A stretch of 64,000 nt of DNA, taken from NCBI GenBank assembly GCA_024233085.1, contig JACKQC010000020.1:35884-99883 (forward strand), given 5' to 3'. The notes beneath the pieces were generated by a model that saw nothing but the letters and a program-made list of their open reading frames with translations, did no database searches and was not told where the DNA came from. How positions within the stretch are numbered: the first letter of the stretch is position 1; the number at the start of each line of letters is the position of its first letter. Shown here piece after piece: positions 62,353 through 64,000 of this stretch. This DNA comes from Akkermansiaceae bacterium. GTDB lineage: Bacteria; Verrucomicrobiota; Verrucomicrobiia; Verrucomicrobiales; DEV007. The position numbers and the translations under genes were made by a program.

Positions 62353-64000
62353 ATGCCGGCTCCCGTTCTTTTCACCCGACCCGCTCCGGGCTGGTCCTTC
62401 GTGTGCGCGCTGCTTGCGATCGCCTGCGCCACCCTCGCGCGGGCCGACGAAGAAAAGGTGCTCTTCAATCGCGACATCCGCCCCATCCTTTCGGACGCCT
62501 GCTTCCAATGCCACGGCCCCGACGAAAAGGAGCGCAAGGGCGGTTTCCGCCTCGATTTGAAGGAGGAAGCCCACATGCCGGGGGAATCGGGCGCCACGCC
62601 GCTGGTCCCGGGCAAACCGGACGCGTCCGAACTCTACGTCCGCGTCCTGCTCCACGCCGACGATCCGGACATCATGCCGCCGCCCAAGTCCGGCAAGAAA
62701 CTGTCCGACACCCAAAAACAAACCCTTCGCCGATGGATCGAGCAGGGCGCGGAATACCAGGGCCACTGGGCGTTCATCAAGCCGGAGCGCCCCGCCGTTC
62801 CGGAAAACGGCGAGAAACACCCGGTGGACGCCTTTCTGCGCGCGAGGCTCGATCGGGAAGGTCTCTCCATGCGGCCCGAGGCGGACCCGGCGACGCTGCT
62901 GCGCCGGGTGTCGCTCGACCTCACCGGCCTGCCGCCGACCCTCGCCGAGCAGGAGGCTTTCGAAAAAGACACCGCGTCCGGCGCCTACGAGCGCGCCGTG
63001 GACCGCCTGCTGGCGTCGCCCCATTTCGGCGAGCGCATGGCGATCGAGTGGCTTGATTTCGCGCGTTATGCGGACAGCAACGGATTCCAGAGCGACGGCA
63101 GCCGCCAGATGTGGCTGTGGCGAGACTGGCTCATCGACGCCTACAACCGGAACCTGTCCTTTGACCGGTTCACCATCGAGCAGCTCGCCGGCGACCTGCT
63201 GCCGCACCCGACCGAGGAGCAGATCATCGCGACGGGTTTCAACCGCAATCACCGGCTCAACGGCGAAGGCGGACGCATCGTCGAGGAGTGGTTCGCCGAA
63301 ACCGTCATCGACCGGGTCGAAACGACGGGGATGACGTGGATGGCGCTGACCCTGAACTGCTGCCGCTGCCACGACCACAAGTACGACCCGATCTCGCAGA
63401 AGGAATTCTACCAACTGTTCGCCTTCTTCAATTCCATCGACGAATCCGGCGTGCTCGGTCCCGAGGGCAAGAACGGCGTCAACACCCCGCCGCTCCTCCG
63501 CGTGGCCGACGCCCCGCAAAAAGCCGAGCGCCTCCGTCTCGATGCCGTCATCGCCGCCGCGGAAGCCAGGGCGCGCGACGCCGAAAAAGCCATGCCCGCC
63601 GCCTTCGCCGCCTGGGAAAAGGACCTGCGCGAAAAACTGTCCGCGAACCGTTCCGTCTCTCCCTGGACGCCCCTGGCGAAGGAAACCGCCAAGAGCGCGG
63701 GCGGCGCGACCTTGACGAGGCAGGCCGACGGCGCCTGGCTCGCCGGCGGGAAAAATCCCGTCAACGACACCTACGAAGTGACCGCGCCCCTGCCGGTGGA
63801 CGGGAAATTCGGTGGCGTGCTGCTGGAGGTATTTCCCGACCCGTCGCTGCCGAACCAGAGTCTCGGCCGCGGATCGAACGGGAATTTCGTCCTCACCGAC
63901 GTGGAAATGCGGCTGCGCCATTCCGGCCAGAAAGATCCGGCGGGCGATCTCGTGCCGCTGGCGAAGGCGGAGGCCGACTACGAGCAGGCCAACTACCCCG
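62353..64000 (+). CDS. PSCyt1/DUF1549 (PSCyt2)/DUF1553 (PSD1) domain protein, 3'-truncated by the window end
   Basis: ATG at 62353 is followed by a signal-like segment. CFQCHGPDEKERKGGFRLD (PSCyt1), HWAFIKPERP...DAFLRARL...LLRRVSLDLTGLPPT (DUF1549) and CCRCHDHKYDPISQKEFYQLFAFFN (DUF1553). The frame stays open to nt 64000 and is not in the ORF track because it has no stop. Confidence 0.85.
   Translation, partial: MPAPVLFTRPAPGWSFVCALLAIACATLARADEEKVLFNRDIRPILSDACFQCHGPDEKERKGGFRLDLKEEAHMPGESGATPLVPGKPDASELYVRVLLHADDPDIMPPPKSGKKLSDTQKQTLRRWIEQGAEYQGHWAFIKPERPAVPENGEKHPVDAFLRARLDREGLSMRPEADPATLLRRVSLDLTGLPPTLAEQEAFEKDTASGAYERAVDRLLASPHFGERMAIEWLDFARYADSNGFQSDGSRQMWLWRDWLIDAYNRNLSFDRFTIEQLAGDLLPHPTEEQIIATGFNRNHRLNGEGGRIVEEWFAETVIDRVETTGMTWMALTLNCCRCHDHKYDPISQKEFYQLFAFFNSIDESGVLGPEGKNGVNTPPLLRVADAPQKAERLRLDAVIAAAEARARDAEKAMPAAFAAWEKDLREKLSANRSVSPWTPLAKETAKSAGGATLTRQADGAWLAGGKNPVNDTYEVTAPLPVDGKFGGVLLEVFPDPSLPNQSLGRGSNGNFVLTDVEMRLRHSGQKDPAGDLVPLAKAEADYEQANYP

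Overview
High-GC bacterial chromosomal segment. Gene content fits a PVC-superphylum organism (Verrucomicrobiota or Planctomycetota). Markers are a PSCyt1/DUF1549/DUF1553 protein, a prepilin-type N-terminal-methylation protein, and a dehydrogenase-HEAT-azurin fusion.

Layout:
- 16.8-35.5 kb: one contiguous ribosomal-protein superoperon, rpsL-rpsG-fusA-rpsJ-rplCDWB-rpsS-[foreign ORF]-rplV-rpsC-rplP-rpmC-rpsQ-rplNXE-rpsH-rplFR-rpsE-rplO-secY-map-rpmJ-rpsMKD, preceded by one tRNA(CAU). It lacks tuf, rpsN, rpmD, adk, infA, rpoA and rplQ at their usual positions.
- Left of it: a low-GC lipoprotein gene, a relic of a PhoD-like gene, a ParE/RelE-type TA pair, two PhoD-like phosphatases, a ceramidase-like protein, a VOC protein, a 4-gene Dpp/Opp-type ABC transporter and gpmI.
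- Right of it: an inactive-looking HtrA-like protein, an SGNH protein coupled to the azurin fusion, flavin reductase, an orphan ECF sigma factor, xseA, glgB, yebC-family, esterase, gluconolactonase-like, cyclophilin, ygfZ-like and several secreted hypothetical proteins.

Most unusual content, all read by eye:
1. An intergenic repeat unit about 300 bp long, present in two colinear copies. Its ~120-bp core, bounded by 32-bp inverted repeats, is in opposite orientation in the two copies, so it is a candidate invertible switch. A third, shorter copy also exists.
2. A 21-bp tandem array of about 16 units with phased CCCATGGG palindromes, in a gene-free kilobase next to a low-GC two-gene island whose larger protein has a ParB/Srx-like DGSHR motif.
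3. A dispersed hairpin (REP-like) family, GACCCAAC-NNN-GTTGGGTC, with 18 units in 7 intergenic clusters, two of them inside the ribosomal operon.
4. An IS200/RAYT-like Y1 transposase gene bracketed by direct repeats that carry a perfect hairpin, with 8-bp and 6-bp microsatellites beside it.

Many long ORFs in the track are antisense or alternate-frame shadows typical of high-GC DNA and were not called. No database searches or computations were possible. Family assignments rest on remembered motifs, and start codons are often uncertain.
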